Shown: in pieces, positions 32,624-37,166 of the stretch
Numbering within the stretch: the stretch's first letter is position 1
Layout: every line of letters starts with the position of its first letter
DNA from: Nemertoderma westbladi
Lineage: Eukaryota; Animalia; Xenacoelomorpha
Direction of reading: 5' to 3'
Assembly: GCA_032718475.1 (NCBI GenBank)
Contig: JAUCBJ010007835.1
Span: 1-37,166, forward strand
Length of the DNA stretch: 37,166 nt
The notes under the pieces: generated by a model
Told to the model about the DNA's origin: nothing
Database searches by the model: none
Seen by the model: the letters and a program-made list of their open reading frames with translations, nothing else
Position numbers and translations under genes: made by a program

Positions 32624-32930
32624 ATGGTCGTGAACATGACAGTCATTTCCCCCCTCCAGGCCAAAACCATGGAAGGTGCTGCGGCCACCCCTGGATATGC
32701 ACTATCCATTGCCTATGACCGCAAAATTGCTGTTTATTATTCCTCTGCCAGTGGAAGCCCTTGGTGGTTTGCTTGGCACCCTGGGGCCCCTCAGACACCA
32801 CCTGGGTGATCGGCTCCCTCCGAGACCTGAGGAAAGGTATTACCCCAAGCGACTCCATCTGTCACTTGTTCCAGTACCTCAGTCACCATGTGGCTCAGAA
32901 ACGCCACAGTGTGGCCATGCTCCAGCATGG
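32624..32930 (+). mobile_element. Decayed 3' end of a CRE-like non-LTR retrotransposon (restriction-like endonuclease C-terminus)
   Basis: Across three frames: VNMTVISPLQAKTMEGAAATPGYALSIAYDRK / IIPLPVEALGG / RKGITPSDSICHLFQYLS, matching the recalled DVTV...E.RK...F.PL..E.LGGW...HLFQRL pattern. Confidence 0.6.
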
Positions 32931-33854
32931 CCACACTGTTTTTCTGAGTTCTATAAATTATTGCAAAAATATAAGGTGCAGTGAATCATCGTCGTTTATT
33001 ACCTAGTTTAATCAGTCAGTACTTTTGCCATGTTTATGTTAATTAAATTATAAGGTTTTAGTTCTTTTAAATTAAAAAAAAATAACTTTTTTATAAAGGA
33101 AAAAAAAATATTGTGTCCTCAGGTAGATTGAAATAAAATAATTATATCTTTAACCCTTGTTTCTATTTGAATCCTGACAAAAAAACCCTTTTATTGATAT
33201 CTGGTCATTTCCGACCCTGAGAACTTCCACCCATTAAAAAATCCATAAGTTTCATGAGTCAGAATTGTCCTCATACCATTGCCACTCACGACTGGATGAT
33301 GTGAACCTGTCAAACCTTTGTTAAAGGATTCAAACCTTTTGGTTACCTGATAGAGTCGCGTCTTTTCTGTTGGCCCTTTGGTCCCAGAACTGGTATGACA
33401 CTCCATCATCAGCATCCCAAACTATATAAACCAACATGACTTTATCATAGACGAGTTAATCTCAAAAAATATACGCTATACACTTACAATCATAAGCATA
33501 GTCAATAACTTTATTATGTCAGTATATTAACATTCATTGTAATTTATACACATTTCCTACATTAAAATTCTACATTTGAGACTGTAAGCAATAAAAGAGT
33601 CTGTTCTGGTTCATTCTTGGGTAGTTTCAGTTCCTACTAATATTGACTGAACTTAGAAGTAGATGGCCAAACATTATCAAACATTTGTGCTTTACAACAA
33701 TGTCAACCAACACGTTTCATTCACAAATAATAATCTGGTAGTTGTTTCTTATTCGGACTATATGTCAATAGTTTTAATTTTTACTTATATACTTGATGCA
33801 TTTGATTTTGAACCTAGTACTGACAGGCTATTTTTTGCAAGCTATTTAAAACAT

Positions 33855-35775
33855 AGTTAATAGGAGTGTCCAAAATTGCTATATTATAACTTTTCGTTGG
33901 GCACAGCTTTTGCAAAGTTGGCAATGACGTTCAGGTGGGATCGAATAATAATAAAAAAATCCTCTCTTACTTTCAAAATTAATAGGAGTGTCAAACAATC
34001 ATATTTTTTACTTCATTTAAGTCACAGTCTTTGGTTGAGTACAAAGAGTTTATATGAGTGTCAAGCAATCCATATATTCTTTCATGTATGACTCTTACTT
34101 TGATTGAATAGGCAGTTAATAGTATAGTGGCTGGCTGTGTTTGAACACAGTGTGAGTGTCAAACAATCCTCTTTTACTTTCATTTTTGATAATAACTTTG
34201 TTTGAGTGCATTCAGTTATTTCACTTTTTTTTACTTTTAATTTATGATGCGCTGACTTTGATTGAGTACAGTCAGTACAAAGCGATCCATATTTACATCA
34301 ATTTATGATACTGACTTTGTCGTAGTGCACATAGTTACAAGGAATGCCACAAACAATCAACGTTTACTTAAATTTACATCGACTTTGATTTGAGTAAAGT
34401 CAGTTACTAACAGTATCAAACGATGCATACCGTATTTACTCGAATAAGAGCCTGGGCGTTTAAGTTTATAAATTGCCAATTGGGGAGGCGTTTATTCGAG
34501 GGGAGCGTTTATTCGGGGAAGGCATTTAGGTTCCAAATTGTGTGGTTCGAGTGGGTGTGTTTATGTTTATGTTCTAAATTTTCAGCATTTTGAATCAAAA
34601 TACCCTAATAAAGAATGTAGTTAAATTCAAGAAAACAAGTTCAACAAATGAAATAATTCAAATGAAACCAGGATTATCCTTATTACAATGCAGCCTATTA
34701 CAGTACAGCGGTACAACACCCTTCTACATTTACCTTCAGTCTTAACAATCAGTTAACTCTCAACAATGTCAGTGAGTCAAGTCACAATCTAATCAGTCAA
34801 AACCCATAAATGGCCCTTCGTCTGATTCACACACCAAATCTACATCCGAGAAATCGTTTTTAATTACAGACGGACAGACAGACAGAGAGACTAACAGAAA
34901 GATGGATGGACAGACAGATGGACGGAGACAGGCGGTCACTACATTTGGCCCTAGATATTAATGATAACTGTGTGCCGGAGACATCGCTCACTATTTGTGG
35001 CTCGCCCCACATTGTAATATTATTAAACACAGGGGCGTTTATTCGGGGAAGGCGTTTACGTTGCTAATTTGATGGTAAGGGGGGCGTTAATTCGAGGAGG
35101 CGTTTATTCGAGAGGGGGGCTCTTATTCGAGTAAATACAGTATTTACTTTCATTTATGTCAGTGACTTTGACTATGTAAAGTCAGTTAATAGTAGTGTTA
35201 AATGATCCACTTTACTTTCATTTTTAAGTCACTGACTTTGTGTACAGATAGTTAATAGGGGTGTTATACAAACCATACTTTCTTTCATTTACACTGACTC
35301 TGTTTGAGTAAAGTCAGTTACTAGCAGTATTAAACGATCCATATTTACTTTTATAATTTATGTCACTCTCACTGACTTTGATTGCGTAGTCAGTTAATAA
35401 TAGTAGTATTAAATGATCAACTTTAATTTTATTTTAAGACAATGACTTTGTTTGACCATATTACGATACTGACTCTTTGAGTAAAGTCAGTTCCTAGCAT
35501 TTATGATACTGACTCTTTGAGTAAAGTCAGTTCCTAGCATTTATGATACTGTCTCTTTAAGTAAAGTCAGTTCCTAGCATTTATGATACTGACTCTTTGA
35601 GTAAAGTCAGTTCCTAGCATTTATGGTACTGGCTCTGTTTGAGTCCCGAGAGTTAATAGGAGTGACAAACAATTCACATTTTTTCATTCATTTACACTAA
35701 GTCCGTAACTAGCTGTATATAGTATAAACCAATCCACTTTTACTTTCATTTAAGACACTGGTTTTCTTTGAGTCC
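33855..35775. repeat. Old degenerate satellite (~65-70 bp unit) with a young 40-bp sub-array at ~35461-35640
   Basis: Recurrent ACTGACTTTG(T/A)TTGAGTAAAGTCAGTTAATAG...AAACAATCCATATTTACTTTCATTTA. Near-perfect TTATGATACTGACTCTTTGAGTAAAGTCAGTTCCTAGCAT x~4.5. Confidence 0.85.
34430..35140. mobile_element. Tc1/mariner-pogo-like MITE (711 bp), TA TSD, inserted in the satellite
   Basis: TA|CCGTATTTACTCGAATAAGAGCC...GGCTCTTATTCGAGTAAATACAG|TA; subterminal GGCGTTTATTCG repeats; internal GACA/GATG microsatellite. Confidence 0.9.
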
Positions 35776-36624
35776 AGATTATACTATGGCAGTCAACTAT
35801 CGTCAAAAAATAATTCGTTTAATAAAATCCACCTCAGAATGTTTACTGGAACAGTAAGATCTTGAGACAGATCAATTATTATCACAATTCACAATGAATG
35901 TTTGTGTTAATTAGTATAGTGGTACAAATATTGATATTTGTTTTATAAAAGCACTAAAACTATGGATTGGATAGCATTCTCCTTTGTGATTGTGACAATT
36001 TGTGTCAGGGGGGGGGGGGGGGGTAATAGAAATTGCCCCAAAACTGACATAATGCTGTTTATTGATGGCCAAAAACCAAAAACACCCTTTAAATGATATT
36101 ATATTATTTTTACATTAACACTCCCTAAAGTGTTAAAATTTATTAAAATACTGGAGGGTTAAAACTTGACAAATAATATATTTGTACTAATACTAAATGT
36201 ATTTCCTAAAAGTCAAAATTTAATCAAAATTAGCCATATTTTCTGATAATGAGCAATTTAAATGGGAAATGTAAAATTAAATGGGAATTTAAAATGGATC
36301 GGACAAAAACATGTTTTAAGTCGAACCCCCCAGGTATACATATTTCATTATTTATATACGAACACAAATAATTGTTTGCAGTGATAAAATCAGTAACATC
36401 TTTTGAGTAACATTCATCCAGGCCAGTCCAAAAACTATCCAATCCTATTTAAAATACATACAGTATTTGGGTATATCTTTTCAATACGCATGTGTTTTTC
36501 ACAAACACGCATACATACGTATGCGCACGTACGAGTACGTTTGCCAAATTAATTCCCTATTAACATTTGAGGTTATCGGTGGTATCCTTCAATGAGAGAC
36601 ATTTGCGGTGAACTGTGCTGTGGT

Positions 36625-36850
36625 TGTGGACATCTGTGATATTCACAATGCTGATGGGGTGAAAATATCTCGCACAGAAGCTATAATCTAGCTTAGAGGA
36701 GGCTGCATCCAGTTCACGCCTCATTTTGAATAGCACAAAGACAAAACTTCTGACAGTGAACATTGAACATTGACTCAGACCATCAGAAAATTGATCGAAA
36801 TAACATTCAATGGACTGGTAAGTCATGTGAATGAATGGATCTAGGGGTCT
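36625..36850 (+). mobile_element. Possible highly decayed LINE reverse-transcriptase fragment
   Basis: Plus strand reads QKL*SSLEEAASSSRLILNSTKTKLLTVN, resembling the RT motif L...GL.LN..KTK; YLGS-like remnant near 36840. Confidence 0.3.
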
Positions 36851-37008
36851 TAACCTCGAATGATAAGTTTATTTTACCGAAAATAACTTATCTTTTATTG
36901 GCGCAATTGTGGGTATAATCCCATCACATGCGTACTTTTTAACCGGGTAGTGTACAAATTTAGGAATCGCGTAATTTTTCTTGAAATTAATATCTCATAT
37001 CTCTCCAA

Positions 37009-37051
37009 ACCACGTACGCGTTTCGACCTTACTGGGTCTCATCAGCGTGGT
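37009..37051 (-). ncRNA. Minimal type I hammerhead ribozyme
   Basis: Minus strand ACCACG-CUGAUGA-GACC-CAGUAA-GGUC-GAAA-C-GC-GUA^-CGUGGU: all core nucleotides, 6-bp stem I, 4-bp stem II, palindromic ACGCGU stem III. Confidence 0.9.
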
Positions 37052-37113
37052 GTCGGATTCGAACCTGGGACCTCGAGGTGGAAGCCGAGACTACAACCAC
37101 TAGGCCACAGGCC
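37052..37113 (-). mobile_element. tRNA-derived (Gly-TCC-like) SINE head with Pol III A and B boxes, fused to the hammerhead
   Basis: GGCCTG-TGGCCTAGTGG (A box 37107-37097)...CTCGG-CTTCCAC-CTCGAG (anticodon-like arm)...GGTTCGAATCC (B box 37065-37055). No acceptor stem or CCA; 29-nt T run immediately upstream. Confidence 0.8.
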
Positions 37114-37145
<32 letters not shown>

Positions 37146-37166
37146 GGGGCTAATAAAATGGCAGCT

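Noticed and set aside
36560-36840. Minus-strand IHMTYQ... ORF as the missing MTHFR HMTC exon
   Set aside because: Similarity is limited to three residues with no suitable splice phase identified; the plus strand looks more like a decayed RT.
37040-37113. Functional tRNA-Gly gene
   Set aside because: The acceptor stem is missing, the T stem is incomplete, and the 3' part is replaced by the hammerhead.

Overview
AT-rich, intron-containing eukaryotic DNA, most consistent with an invertebrate animal; the taxon cannot be fixed from the sequence. Four host genes are present: the terminal coding exon of Miro/RHOT (+), an intronless CREB3/Luman-family membrane bZIP factor (+), an intronless AKR1-type aldo-keto reductase (+), and the last six coding exons of MTHFR (-), whose 5' exons are not in the window. 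Introns and spacers are packed with mobile DNA: an intact Sola1-type transposon (36-bp TIRs, ATAT TSD, 651-aa transposase) inside MTHFR, a frameshifted Sola2-type transposon in the Miro intron, several MITEs with readable TIRs/TSDs, decayed non-LTR fragments and minisatellites. Two observations stand out. (1) A tRNA-like Pol III promoter is fused directly to a complete minimal type I hammerhead ribozyme at 37009-37113 (-), with two further decayed hammerhead-like cores elsewhere. (2) Minisatellites are built from exon/5' splice-site junctions: clearly in MTHFR, probably in Miro. All calls were made by eye; no searches were run.
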